Source: Candidatus Acidiferrales bacterium
Lineage (GTDB): Bacteria > Verrucomicrobiota > Verrucomicrobiia > Limisphaerales > UBA11358
Assembly: GCA_035482455.1 (NCBI GenBank)
Contig: DATHQS010000357.1
Span: 28,654 to 92,653 of the forward strand
DNA length: 64,000 nucleotides
Direction: 5' to 3'
Part shown: positions 46,110 through 56,366 of the stretch, piece by piece
How the letters are laid out: every line of letters begins with the position of its first letter
Numbering within the stretch: the first letter of the stretch is position 1
The notes under the pieces: generated by a model
What the model was told of the DNA's origin: nothing
Database searches by the model: none
Seen by the model: the letters and a program-made list of their open reading frames with translations, nothing else
Position numbers and translations under genes: made by a program

Positions 46110-46814
46110 TCAGTTATGTGCCGTGGCCGGCGCGGGTTTGGGCATCAGTCCAAGTGAAGGAGCCACGCACAAAAATGCGGTGTGCATTTTGTTCTGGGCT
46201 GCATGGAACGATTTAAACGCCGCGTCAAGCTTGTCACAAAACCGCGCCGGGGCCGTGTGTTCAACCTGAAGCCCAATATGGGTGCATAACATCACACTTT
46301 GCAGATCAACAATGTTCCGCAAACCGCAAACGGCATCTTCCAAATCCCAAGATTTGTTGCGGGAGCTGTAGTAAGCCAGGACCGGCGAAAAATTGAGGCG
46401 GCGCGGATCAACGCTCACCGGCTCGTTAATGCCTTTGATTTTGGCGGCGATGCTCGCCAGGCCAGCGGCCTCATTTGAAATCGCCCGTTTAAAATCACTG
46501 AAGAGGGAGCGCCCCAATTCCACCGCGCCTTCGCAAAAGCCCGGCACATCCAACGATTCCCAACCCGCATGATGATTCACATCGGTGTTGATCCTGTGGG
46601 CGTTCATCATCACCAGTGCCCCGGCCGCGTTCCCCGCGCTTTCCAATAGGGCCAGGGCATCTTCTGCCTCCAGCACGACTTCGGCGGGGATCATTGTTGG
46701 TATTTCAGGCGCAGGCGTATTTTCAGCCGGCGTGGGCTGCCGGCGGGTGGTTTTACGTTGAGAAGTAGCGGGCTTTATGGCACCGTTACGGCGGACTCGA
46801 ATTGTGTTTTTCAT
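46110..46814 (-). CDS. hypothetical protein (234 aa)
   Basis: ORF 11 bp upstream of the next gene. Basic N-terminus, no recognisable motif. Confidence 0.5.
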   Translation of the reverse strand: MKNTIRVRRNGAIKPATSQRKTTRRQPTPAENTPAPEIPTMIPAEVVLEAEDALALLESAGNAAGALVMMNAHRINTDVNHHAGWESLDVPGFCEGAVELGRSLFSDFKRAISNEAAGLASIAAKIKGINEPVSVDPRRLNFSPVLAYYSSRNKSWDLEDAVCGLRNIVDLQSVMLCTHIGLQVEHTAPARFCDKLDAAFKSFHAAQNKMHTAFLCVAPSLGLMPKPAPATAHN

Positions 46815-46875
46815 AACTGATTTGCATGGTTTGGGTCTTTCGGCTCTGGCGATGCGTCAACATCGCCAGGGCCAT

Positions 46876-47772
46876 TTATTTTTGACGCTTCGGATCTGTG
46901 ACCCATGCTTGCATCTGAAGCGTGTATTCGGCTCCAGGCTCCCGCGCAGAATCAGAATCAGTTAGCCACTTTGATAACTGGGTTAAGTCCACGCCTAGAA
47001 ATTTTGCCAGCATGGATTTTGAACCCGAATCAGACGTTGCCTGCTGAATCCGCTTCTTGAGTTTGGGCCATTCGCCTTTCACGCCCTGGACATTGGCTGA
47101 ACTTGTCGCATTAGTCAAGTCCATTAATTCAGGATTAACCGACGTTGCGAACCAAAGCCCCGCTTTCCAGTTTATGAATTCTATTGCCAATGCTGTGCTT
47201 CGTGCCTGTTCCGTTTCTGCACCATCTCCCGGATATTGCTTTAAAAAAGATTCTGCTGCGCCGTCGATGGCAAGCGCAAACTCTGATATTTTATTATCTG
47301 GCACTCGGGCCATCCATTTTTCAATCCACAGTTTTATTTTGGCTGCGACGCCAGCTCTCAGCCTAATTTTGCTCGCATCAAGTTTGATTTTTTCACCGAG
47401 ATTGGCATCTAAACCGAAATGGGATGCCTTTTTATAGCGATCCGCATTCCTGCGACAAACATCAGATAAAAGGGCGTTTTTTGGGAGTCCAGTGTTTTCA
47501 GGAAACGGGAAATATGGGAATTTGCTAAACAATGCTCCAATCTTTCCAGAGGCCAGATATTCCAGGGGAAGTTCGAACTGTGTGTATATACGATAGGCGA
47601 CCTCGTAGCGCAATGGTGTACGGCCGTATTCGATGCTCGCGAGCTGGTCCAGCTTTACCCCAATGTGATCGGCAAAATCGGGCTGCGACCATTTGATACT
47701 CTCTCGAAACCGCTTCACGCGGCCGCAGATCGCGAGTTCTATGGGGTTAATTTTTCCGCTCGGATTTGGCAC
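46876..47772 (-). CDS. XRE/cI-like HTH repressor candidate with a large C-terminal domain
   Basis: ICGRVKRFRESIKWSQPDFADHIGVKLDQLASIEYGRTPL. It is divergent from the rightward ner-like gene. Confidence 0.7.
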   Translation of the reverse strand: MPNPSGKINPIELAICGRVKRFRESIKWSQPDFADHIGVKLDQLASIEYGRTPLRYEVAYRIYTQFELPLEYLASGKIGALFSKFPYFPFPENTGLPKNALLSDVCRRNADRYKKASHFGLDANLGEKIKLDASKIRLRAGVAAKIKLWIEKWMARVPDNKISEFALAIDGAAESFLKQYPGDGAETEQARSTALAIEFINWKAGLWFATSVNPELMDLTNATSSANVQGVKGEWPKLKKRIQQATSDSGSKSMLAKFLGVDLTQLSKWLTDSDSAREPGAEYTLQMQAWVTDPKRQK

Positions 47773-47839
47773 TGCGACATTTTAGCGTAAAAAAAACACA
47801 GCACAAATTTATTGACTCCCAGCGTTTCATGGGATTATT

Positions 47840-48061
47840 TTGCAACAAATGGCTGTTGCCCGCAAGTCAGAGAATCGAGCTAGGCCGCTGGATTTAGACC
47901 GGCGGGCGGCGTTGCTTGGCTGTACGCCCGGACACCTTTCGCGGGTCCTGGCCGGCAAGCGCGAGAGCGCCAGCCTGTTGGCCCGTTTCGCCAAGCTGAT
48001 TGAATCTGAATCCGGTCCCCAAAACAAATCCACCACCACCAAACCCCCGAAAAAATTATGA
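47840..48061 (+). CDS. small Ner-like HTH DNA-binding protein
   Basis: RRAALLGCTPGHLSRVLAGKRESASLLARF. It is the first gene of the rightward operon and its stop overlaps the next start (ATGA). Confidence 0.55.
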   Translation: MQQMAVARKSENRARPLDLDRRAALLGCTPGHLSRVLAGKRESASLLARFAKLIESESGPQNKSTTTKPPKKL

Positions 48062-48537
48062 CCAATCCCCTGCTAGGTTGTGATCCCAAAGAAGTATCGC
48101 CCGCCCGTGCGGGAGCGGTCTTCAGCGAGTTCGCAAAAAATTTATGTACCAAAGACGGTATTGATTTCACCGCCGCCTGGAACAAGGCCAAGGAATTGCA
48201 CCCTGATTTGCACGCCCGCATGTGCGAAGGTTCAGCCAAGCCTTCGACTTTGGACAACGATGAAACCCCGCCGGCCCGGCCTGCGCCGCTCGCCCAAAAG
48301 GCGTTTTTGCTGCCGGCGTTTTATCTGCCGCCAGTCACCAGCGATGAGATTTTTTCCGTTGCGTGGGCTGCCAATGGCAATCAGTCCGTAGCTGTTGATC
48401 CCAAAAAGGTTTTTTTAAAGCTCGTAGCCTACACGATGCAAACGAACGGCCTGAATGCCGCCGATGCCCGCCGCCAGCTTCAAGATAATTTCCCCCAACT
48501 CGCCCGAGCCGCTGGCCAGATGCCGGACCAACAGTGA
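48058..48537 (+). CDS. hypothetical protein (159 aa)
   Basis: Translationally coupled ORF with no motif. Confidence 0.5.
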   Translation: MTNPLLGCDPKEVSPARAGAVFSEFAKNLCTKDGIDFTAAWNKAKELHPDLHARMCEGSAKPSTLDNDETPPARPAPLAQKAFLLPAFYLPPVTSDEIFSVAWAANGNQSVAVDPKKVFLKLVAYTMQTNGLNAADARRQLQDNFPQLARAAGQMPDQQ

Positions 48538-48584
48538 ACCGGCGCTAATCGTCAACGTAATCACCATAACCCACACACACGAAT

Positions 48585-49277
48585 ATGAAACAAAACAAAT
48601 CCATCACCCCGTCGCATCCCTCCGCCCCGACCCGCGCCGAGTTTCTGGCCGGCATGAAGTTGCCGGCAGACACCACCGAAGCGGAATTGACAGCCATTCT
48701 CCAGGCCAACCTTGGCACGCATTTGCCGCTTAAATCCGCCGTTTACACCGCGCTGTTACAGCAGGCTATAACCTACAAGCAGCTTCCCGAAAATGAGGCG
48801 CGGGAATACCTCGCGAAAAAGTTTCCCGATATCAAGCCGCCGGCCCATGGCCGCTCCTTGGATGACGCAGCGGACGCACTGCGCGGGCAGCTCATCAAGA
48901 TTTACGATTTGGCAGCCGATGCGACTGAAGCGGACATCGCCGCCGCCGCCGCCGCCGCGAAGGATCACATCACAAAAACGGAGGCCGAGCGGGCGCAGCA
49001 GGAAGCCGACGAAGCGGTGATCGCCAAAAAAATGAGCGTCGGCCTTACCCGTGAGCAGGCCGTCAATGTCATCCGGCGCCAGCGCGAGCATGATGCGGAA
49101 TTGAAGAGGGGCCAGGATGAACGCCGCCCGCGCCTGCTGGAAATCATCGGAGGATGCCGGGCATTTTCGCTGGAAGAGCTGAAGCAGGCTCGCAAGCAGG
49201 CCCGCGACCTGTACCCCTTCCTGGATAGCAGTGAATTCACCCAGGCTCTCGACGAAGTAAAGGCCGCCCGCGCCTGA
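48585..49277 (+). CDS. hypothetical protein (230 aa, Ala/Glu-rich helical)
   Basis: ORF in the rightward operon with no motif. Confidence 0.5.
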   Translation: MKQNKSITPSHPSAPTRAEFLAGMKLPADTTEAELTAILQANLGTHLPLKSAVYTALLQQAITYKQLPENEAREYLAKKFPDIKPPAHGRSLDDAADALRGQLIKIYDLAADATEADIAAAAAAAKDHITKTEAERAQQEADEAVIAKKMSVGLTREQAVNVIRRQREHDAELKRGQDERRPRLLEIIGGCRAFSLEELKQARKQARDLYPFLDSSEFTQALDEVKAARA

Positions 49278-49537
49278 AATTTTATGGATGTGACGAACGC
49301 TCTGTTTCACGGCCGGTTGGGTCTATCGAATTCGGGACCCAAGGGCTGCTTCTTTGTGTTCGCCGGCCGCCCGGCACCTGCTAGGGGTGGCTGCTGGCCG
49401 TGGCCGGTGAGCGCGGCCAGCGCAATTTATTTAGTCGCATTAACAATTTTGGATGCCTGGAGGAGGTCGTCCAAAACACGGCGGGGAGGTCCGGGTATTT
49501 ATCCGGCTTCCCCGCCACTTTGAATCTTAACGAAGCT

Positions 49538-50137
49538 ATGAAAACCCTCCCCGCTTCCAATTCAATTCCCGCCTGGCAAATCGAGCGCGCCGCCAAGTTG
49601 CAACGCGCCTGCCTCTGCATCAAGGGCGCGATCCAGCGCGGCGAGAAAATCCGGAAAGCCATCCGCCGCACTTCGCGCCGCTATCATGGCCGGCCCTTTA
49701 AGGCCGGTTTAAAGCATCGCATGGCGCTCACGCCGGCAACGCTTCGCCGTTTATATGACGCCTGGCAACAGGCCGGGGAAAAGCCCTCAGCGTTCAGACT
49801 GGGTTATAGCGCCCGTCCGCCGTATCTGCCGCGCAAGCTGATGCTGCGCTTTGCTGCTTACTGCGCGGCCAACCGGCTGCCGTCCGTTCGCGTGGCCTGG
49901 CTGAAATTTTCCAGCCGTCCACAAAACGGCCGGGCGCAGGAATTCACCTATGGCCAGGTGACATATAGTTTCACCGCCGCCAATTTTTACCGGATGCAAG
50001 AGCAACTGCGGTTGATCGAGCAGGCGCAGGCCGAGCTGGACCGGATCAGGCTGCTGGCCGGCGCGGAGATCACGGATCGTCTGCCACTGAACCCACCGCG
50101 CCGGCGCATCGAGCCGGGGAACGGTTTTCAAATATGA
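49538..50137 (+). CDS. hypothetical basic protein (about 199 aa)
   Basis: I prefer the ATG at 49538 (MKTLPASNSIPAWQIER...); the track ORF opens at 49400. The stop overlaps the next start. Confidence 0.45.
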   Translation: MKTLPASNSIPAWQIERAAKLQRACLCIKGAIQRGEKIRKAIRRTSRRYHGRPFKAGLKHRMALTPATLRRLYDAWQQAGEKPSAFRLGYSARPPYLPRKLMLRFAAYCAANRLPSVRVAWLKFSSRPQNGRAQEFTYGQVTYSFTAANFYRMQEQLRLIEQAQAELDRIRLLAGAEITDRLPLNPPRRRIEPGNGFQI

Positions 50138-50592
50138 TGCGCGCCAGCCCCCAACCATCATTCGATGCGATCCTGACAGCCATCGCAGTAAAATCCGCGA
50201 TGGTGCGCACGGATAGCGTGCAGACGTTTTGCGGATTGAACGTGGAAAAAATCAGCCACGGGATTCAAGAGGGCCGTTTCCAATGGGTCTGGGATTTAAA
50301 CCTTGGGGACAATCGCCGGCGCGAGCTGCGTTTTTTGGCCCTGGAGGTTTTCCGGCCGGAAATCACCAAGTCCTTTACGCTGGAAGATGCCATCCGGGTG
50401 GTATTGGGGGAAACCCGCCAAAGCTTCGTTAGCGGGGATATTGTTCGGCGCTTCCGTATATCCCGCGTCTCTTTAAGCCGCCTGCATCGCGGTGGCTACC
50501 TGGTTGGCACCATTTCGGGCGGCGGATTCACTACAACCCGCCCGGCCCTGGAAACCTTCCTGCGCCAGCGGTGGATCGGAGGGGGACAATGA
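50134..50592 (+). CDS. hypothetical protein with C-terminal excisionase/MerR-like HTH candidate
   Basis: GDIVRRFRISRVSLSRLHRGGYLVG. Confidence 0.45.
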   Translation: MMRASPQPSFDAILTAIAVKSAMVRTDSVQTFCGLNVEKISHGIQEGRFQWVWDLNLGDNRRRELRFLALEVFRPEITKSFTLEDAIRVVLGETRQSFVSGDIVRRFRISRVSLSRLHRGGYLVGTISGGGFTTTRPALETFLRQRWIGGGQ

Positions 50593-50766
50593 ACTTTCCC
50601 GGTTTTACCAGTTTGCCCGCCAGCCTGCGCAAAACCGGCCGGGGGGCGTCGAGACACCTCCAAAGCCCCAAGGGCGGCTTAAATGGCTTAAATGAGGGCA
50701 AGGCGTCGATTCTGGCACCGAGCCTGACTGTCCCAAAACCGCAAACTTTAACCACCCCCTGAATTT

Positions 50767-52383
50767 ATGGGAGATCACCTTTTTAAAATTAAACTCGAGG
50801 CCACCGGGAACGCCGCCGATGAGGTTAAGGCTTTAAACAAGGAAATGGGGGTAGTGATCGTGACTGCCGAGGATGTCAGCAAAGCCACGGGAAAAACGGG
50901 CGAGGCCGCCGAAATGTCCCACCGGTCATTCCGACACCTGGCCCATACTCTTGGCCATGAAATCCCCGGGGCGGCCGCGCTGATGGAGGCGGGCTTTGAA
51001 GGCAGCACCGAGCCGATGATGGGCGCAACCTTTCTCCTGATCGCCGGCATCGAAATGCTGCGCACGGCCATTGAGAAAGTTAATAAAGAACAGGCGGAAT
51101 CCAAAAAAATCGGCGAGGCGTTGAATGATTTGGATGGGGAACGATCCAAGGCCGTGGAGAAAACCCGCGACGCTTTGGACGAGGCGGAAACGGCGGAAGC
51201 GGTTTTTTATCATAACTTCATCCGCAACACCGAAGATGCCATCGGCAAGGCGTCCGCCCTGGCTCAAGCCATCCTTAAAACCAGGACCGGAACCGGGGAG
51301 GCAAATGACAGCGCCAGCAAGGGCATCGCGGAAAAGAACATTGAGGACATGGAGCAGCACGGCGTGATAAGCCACGCATCCGCGCTCAAGATGAAAGAGC
51401 AGCTTGATATTGAATATGAGCAGCGAAAGCTGGTGCGGATGATTGCCCAAGATGCGGTGGAGCGCGAAATTTTGATCAATCAGTTCCAGAACAAAAGCCT
51501 GGATGTGGACAAGGATGGAAGGGCTGAAAAATCCGCCGAAGAGCGGTTCAAGGCCGCCACGGCCGCGAAGGTGCAGAGCGACACCAAGCTAGAAGAGGCA
51601 CAGCATAAAATCGCCGGGGGTGAAGGCATCATCAAAGATTTGCGCGCCACAGGGGTCACGGATGAGAACATTGACAAGCTCCGCACATCTTATGAAAGAG
51701 TTTCCGGCAAGCCGGCCATGGGAAAAGGTGCGGCATCATTAGAAGATCAATTTCACTATCTCTCGACGCACTGGATCGGAACCGAAACCGCTCCGCAGGA
51801 TTATTTGGGCACCCAGGGCGATGCCAACCTTGCGATGTACGAAGGCGCTCAAATTGACGTTGCTTCTGGAAAATTTGACCTGGCCAGGCTTCAGAAAAAT
51901 AAGCCTGACTTGGATACCGGGGCGGCCCTGGCAAAATCCGATCTTGAAGCCGCCCGGCAGAGGATGGAAGCGGACCGAAAAGAGGCGCAGGCACTCAAGG
52001 ATAAGATTGCCGAGTCAGATGCAACGAACGCACTCAAGGAGGGTGGTGCTAAATCAGATTTGGGCATGCGCCGGGCGAGCGGTGAATTGATGGCAGACCG
52101 TGGCATTGCCGACCGGGTACAGGCCGGCGGGGCGGTATCGGGTGCCGAGCAGCAAAAGATAATTGCCGATGCCAGCCGCATTGCCGGGCATACCGTTGAT
52201 CTTAAAACTGCCGCGCAAATCATTGAGCATGGCGCAAAAAATATCGGTGCTTTCATGGAACAGGTTTCCCGCCTTTCGGCTGTTTTAGGCCAATTCGGCC
52301 CGGCGCAGACAGAGAATTTGCAACGCCAGATCGATGAGCTGCGCGGAAAAATCAAAACCTCCCGAAATGATTTTACGGGATAG
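50767..52383 (+). CDS. 538-aa coiled-coil protein, function unknown
   Basis: Long Ala/Glu/Lys/Gln-rich helical sequence lying immediately upstream (3-nt gap) of the transposase gene. Confidence 0.55.
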   Translation: MGDHLFKIKLEATGNAADEVKALNKEMGVVIVTAEDVSKATGKTGEAAEMSHRSFRHLAHTLGHEIPGAAALMEAGFEGSTEPMMGATFLLIAGIEMLRTAIEKVNKEQAESKKIGEALNDLDGERSKAVEKTRDALDEAETAEAVFYHNFIRNTEDAIGKASALAQAILKTRTGTGEANDSASKGIAEKNIEDMEQHGVISHASALKMKEQLDIEYEQRKLVRMIAQDAVEREILINQFQNKSLDVDKDGRAEKSAEERFKAATAAKVQSDTKLEEAQHKIAGGEGIIKDLRATGVTDENIDKLRTSYERVSGKPAMGKGAASLEDQFHYLSTHWIGTETAPQDYLGTQGDANLAMYEGAQIDVASGKFDLARLQKNKPDLDTGAALAKSDLEAARQRMEADRKEAQALKDKIAESDATNALKEGGAKSDLGMRRASGELMADRGIADRVQAGGAVSGAEQQKIIADASRIAGHTVDLKTAAQIIEHGAKNIGAFMEQVSRLSAVLGQFGPAQTENLQRQIDELRGKIKTSRNDFTG

Positions 52384-52386
52384 CCA

Positions 52387-54867
52387 ATGTCTAAAGCACT
52401 AAACACATTCACCGCCGCGCAGATCGCCGCCGCCCTGGGCGTCAAGCGCCAGGCCGTGCAATGGCATCTGCGCGATGTGTTGCCGGCCGGCGTGCAGATC
52501 GTCGCCGGCAATGAGGCCGCCGCGTGGACGGTGGATCAGTTGCCGGCATCACTGGACGCTGTTGCCCGCGAGAAGGGATTTCGAGATGCCGGCGCTGCCG
52601 TCATGGCAAGCCAGGCACTTAAAGAAGGAGGGGGAAAAGCTGGCGCTCTCTGCCGCTGCCAGTTGCCGTCGCCCTTGCCCTTGGAAAAAATCTGCGACGA
52701 AGATATTCAGGCGGCTTGCAAGTTGCGCGAGGCTCTGCGCCCCTGGCTGATTGATTATGCGCGGCACGATTTGACACGCGGCGCGGCCGAGCAACGCGGC
52801 GTTCAAGATTATCGAAGGATTTTCGGGCATGAAATTTCTCCACGCTATTGGCGGGAGCTGCTTGAGCGTGGCCGCCAGCGTGACAATGGATTGGAACAAT
52901 GGGACACACTATCTCTCTACTTGCCGGGCCGTGTGCGCCCCAAGGTGACTGCTGCCGATGTGGTGTCTGAAGCGCTGGCGTCTGATTTTAACGATCTGCA
53001 AAAGTTCATTGATGGATGCAGCAACCCGGCAAACTTGTCTGAACAGGAGCGCGAAGGATTATGGGTGCTGGCCATGCGAAAACATTTTGAATTGATCCGT
53101 GCCGGCGCTTGCGAATCATCCTCCAGCCGGCGCGTCCGTGAATTTCTTTTTGCCCGCGTGAAGTGCCTGGCTCCAACATCAAACGCATTGCGCATGGCCT
53201 TTGAACGCCGGCGGGCGGCGTGGAATCCGGAACAGCCTGACTCAATCCAGGATGGCCGGAAGCAGAATGGAATCCGTTTTAACTATTCTCCAAAAGACGT
53301 GCGCCGGGTGAGGCATTCGGCCGCGACAAAAAACGGGGGTCGCATCGATGCCGCCTGGCGTGAGGAATATAACCGGCTGTCAGCGGAAACCCGCCAGCGG
53401 CATCCGTATTCAAGGCGCTGTCCCCATGCGTTTTTAAAGCAGGTCAACCGCGAGAAGGTGGATGCGCTGTATCTGCTGTCAGAAAAAGGCAAACGCGCAT
53501 TGCGCGGCTCCATCGGCGGCGTTGAGCGCTCTGCCGAGTCTGTCAAATCGATGGATCGCTGGGCGGTGGATGATTGGACATCTAACGTGGTGGTGCGATT
53601 CAAAAACGCAGACGGAACCGAATCGTTGATCCAACCCCAAATTATAACAGTGATGGATTTTGCCAGCCGCAAATGGGTTGCCTGCATTATGTCAAATGAC
53701 AAAGGCCCAAACACGCGCCTGGTGAATACTGCAATCCTGAACGGTTTCAAGCGCCACGGAGTGCCGAGGCAGCTTTGGCTGGAAAATGGATTCGTGTTCG
53801 GAAAGTCACTTGAGATCAATGGCAAGGTGGATGAACAAGGCCGCACCGTTACCGCCGGCCTGGCACAATACGGCTGCACGGTCCATCATTTCGACAAGAT
53901 GAGTCCAACCAGCAAGGGGGAGTTGGAAAAATCTTTTGACCTGGTGCAACGCCAGATGGAGCGGCATCCCGGTTATGGTGGCCGCCTGCAAATGACGGAC
54001 GCATCCGAGACATTTAAACGCGAACAGCGCCTGATTCAGTCAGGCAAAATGGATGCGCAAAAATGCCGCTATACGTTTGATGAGTTTGTCCTCGCCATGC
54101 GTGACCTGGTGAAACAATACAACTCCACGCCCCAATATGGCCTGCTTGATGGGATGACTCCGGACGAAGCTTTTCAGGCCAAGGCCAGAGCCGATGATCC
54201 GCCGATCCGGTTTGATGGGCAACTTGAATGGATGCTGGTGAACAAGCGGGAACTGGTCACGGTTGAAGCCGGGGGCGTCAAAATTCCCCGCCTAAAAATT
54301 ACCGTGCGTGGCGGCGAGCTGCTGAATCATATTGGCGAGGAACTTTGGGCGCTGATAGATCGCGAGGATGATTCAATGGTAACATTCATGTCGCAGGATT
54401 ATTTATCAGCATTCACGGTCGAGACCTGCCAACGGCCCGCTGCGAACGCTTCCACCATGGCCGATTGTGCCGTCATGGCAGCAGAGCTAAAAAAGAGAAG
54501 CGCGCACGAACGCGCAGTTGGCGATGAATTAAAAAACCTCCGCACGGAGTTTGGAAATCCGCGGGTGGATTTGCTCAACCATTACCGGCTGAAATCCGGA
54601 GGAATGACGCAAGCCGTTCGTGAGCCGGAAAGTGGCAAAGAACCTTCCCGGCTGGTTCTCATCGACCCTGTTGTGCAATCCAGCGCGAATATGATGGAAG
54701 CGCAAAGAGAAGCCATCCGCGCCGGACGGAAAGTTAAGGAGCACAAGCAGCGCCGGGCATCGAAGGTCACCCAAGAGACCGGGCTTAGTTATTCGCCCGA
54801 TGGATTGTCCAATCTCTCCCCGGAGCATATTCGCAAACTGATTGCCGCAACCAAAAAAAGCATATGA
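52387..54867 (+). CDS. Mu A-like DDE (rve-type) transposase
   Basis: N-terminal HTH (FTAAQIAAALGVKRQAVQWHL). Integrase core WAVDDWTSNV...ITVMDFASRKWV...SPTSKGELEKSF (D, D, E). 826 aa. Confidence 0.75.
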   Translation: MSKALNTFTAAQIAAALGVKRQAVQWHLRDVLPAGVQIVAGNEAAAWTVDQLPASLDAVAREKGFRDAGAAVMASQALKEGGGKAGALCRCQLPSPLPLEKICDEDIQAACKLREALRPWLIDYARHDLTRGAAEQRGVQDYRRIFGHEISPRYWRELLERGRQRDNGLEQWDTLSLYLPGRVRPKVTAADVVSEALASDFNDLQKFIDGCSNPANLSEQEREGLWVLAMRKHFELIRAGACESSSSRRVREFLFARVKCLAPTSNALRMAFERRRAAWNPEQPDSIQDGRKQNGIRFNYSPKDVRRVRHSAATKNGGRIDAAWREEYNRLSAETRQRHPYSRRCPHAFLKQVNREKVDALYLLSEKGKRALRGSIGGVERSAESVKSMDRWAVDDWTSNVVVRFKNADGTESLIQPQIITVMDFASRKWVACIMSNDKGPNTRLVNTAILNGFKRHGVPRQLWLENGFVFGKSLEINGKVDEQGRTVTAGLAQYGCTVHHFDKMSPTSKGELEKSFDLVQRQMERHPGYGGRLQMTDASETFKREQRLIQSGKMDAQKCRYTFDEFVLAMRDLVKQYNSTPQYGLLDGMTPDEAFQAKARADDPPIRFDGQLEWMLVNKRELVTVEAGGVKIPRLKITVRGGELLNHIGEELWALIDREDDSMVTFMSQDYLSAFTVETCQRPAANASTMADCAVMAAELKKRSAHERAVGDELKNLRTEFGNPRVDLLNHYRLKSGGMTQAVREPESGKEPSRLVLIDPVVQSSANMMEAQREAIRAGRKVKEHKQRRASKVTQETGLSYSPDGLSNLSPEHIRKLIAATKKSI

Positions 54868-56366
54868 ACACACGACGCGCCACTGACGGATCGTTTCACC
54901 AGAGCCGCTTCGCCAGCTCGCCGGAATTCAATCACGGCCTGGCTGTGAACCTTGTAGAAATGCGGGTTGCCGTCCTGGATGACCCGGCCATGCGCGAACT
55001 GATCTGGTGGGTTCAATACCAGTCACACCAGCCTGGCGGCCTCGCTGCGTTTGCAAGAGAGTTGATCGCTAAATATCCCGCCAGGATTCAAACGCAGGGA
55101 ATGTTGGATCTCGGATTAAAGCCGGGAGAACTTCACACCTCAACAACAGTAAAAAAACTCCGGCACCATATGCCGCTGGAGGCAAGGTGCCAATTTTATC
55201 TAGCGGGTGAACGTGATTTGGATTATTGGGGAGCCCCTTCTGAGCCGCCCGATGATTATCCTTCAGAAAAATTCATAGAGGTTTGCCATGCGGCCGCCCG
55301 GCAAAATTTGGAAAAGGATTTGAAGGAATTGTGTTTGAACCCGGATGGAGCAGGCTTGTCGCCATGGTATTTCCCGCGCTTGGTAGAGACTTTGATGGAG
55401 GTCAAGCGCTTGTCCGAGTCAGAATCTTCCGGCCTGGTGAAAACATCCGCCACCAGCATGGTGCACGATTTTCTTGATTACACGCAGAACACTGGCGGCC
55501 TTACCCTGCTCACCGGCCCGTCAAATGTTGGTGCGAAATTCGCCGCCCGTGAGTGGTGTCAGCGCCGGCCCGGCCGTGCGCGGTTTGTTGAAGTGCCGCC
55601 ATCGAATGACGAAGCCAGTTTTTTCCGCACTATCGGCAAGGCTTTGGGTGGGAACTTTACCAATTACAAAAATGTGCAGATACGCGAACGGGTTGAATCC
55701 GTTTTGCAATCCGCGGACATCATGCTCGTTTTGTTCGCCGCGCAGAATCTCTGGCCGCAAAAAAATCTCCGCGAGGCTTTCCCGACAAGGCTTGCCTGGC
55801 TCATTGATCAAACTGAAAAAGGCGCGGCGGTTGGCATGATTTCCGGCCCGCAATTTTTCATGCAGAAGCGTTCGTGCGACAAATCCGCATGGGATACAGA
55901 GGAACTGCAAGGTGTGTTCGCCCATGTTGCCGCCCTGCCAGTGGCTCTGACGGTGGAAGAAATGACCAGCATAGCCCGCGCCGTGCTGCCCGCTGCCACT
56001 GATGATGATTGCGAATTGATAGCGATCAGCGCCGTGGGTTCAGAGCGCTATTTGGCCAACCTGGATGCCACCGCCAAACGCGCCCAATTCTTGGCTGACA
56101 GGACCGGCCGTGGAGAAATGACCACGGGTCACATCGGCCAGGCCATCGCGATTGTGAACCAGTCCGAAACACTGCTTAAAGCGGCCTTGGCTGATAATCC
56201 GAAGGCTCGCAAACGTCAGCCGGCCGCATCGGCCGCCCGTCCAGGATCGGAAGAGATCACGCCCGCGCCCGGCCGGAATTTTGCAGCCGCGCAAGATTCA
56301 GCCCCGGCCATCGCGCCCAGATCGGCGCGGGGAGGTGTTTTAATACACCAGGCCAATGCCGTTTAA
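54864..56366 (+). CDS. MuB/TniB-like AAA+ target-selection protein, NTP-binding motifs apparently degenerate
   Basis: LTLLTGPSNVGAKFAAREW sits where the P-loop is expected (G-x4-G-A-K-F, not GK[ST]). ADIMLVLFAAQNLW sits where Walker B is expected. The start overlaps the transposase stop (ATGA). Confidence 0.55.
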   Translation: MNTRRATDGSFHQSRFASSPEFNHGLAVNLVEMRVAVLDDPAMRELIWWVQYQSHQPGGLAAFARELIAKYPARIQTQGMLDLGLKPGELHTSTTVKKLRHHMPLEARCQFYLAGERDLDYWGAPSEPPDDYPSEKFIEVCHAAARQNLEKDLKELCLNPDGAGLSPWYFPRLVETLMEVKRLSESESSGLVKTSATSMVHDFLDYTQNTGGLTLLTGPSNVGAKFAAREWCQRRPGRARFVEVPPSNDEASFFRTIGKALGGNFTNYKNVQIRERVESVLQSADIMLVLFAAQNLWPQKNLREAFPTRLAWLIDQTEKGAAVGMISGPQFFMQKRSCDKSAWDTEELQGVFAHVAALPVALTVEEMTSIARAVLPAATDDDCELIAISAVGSERYLANLDATAKRAQFLADRTGRGEMTTGHIGQAIAIVNQSETLLKAALADNPKARKRQPAASAARPGSEEITPAPGRNFAAAQDSAPAIAPRSARGGVLIHQANAV

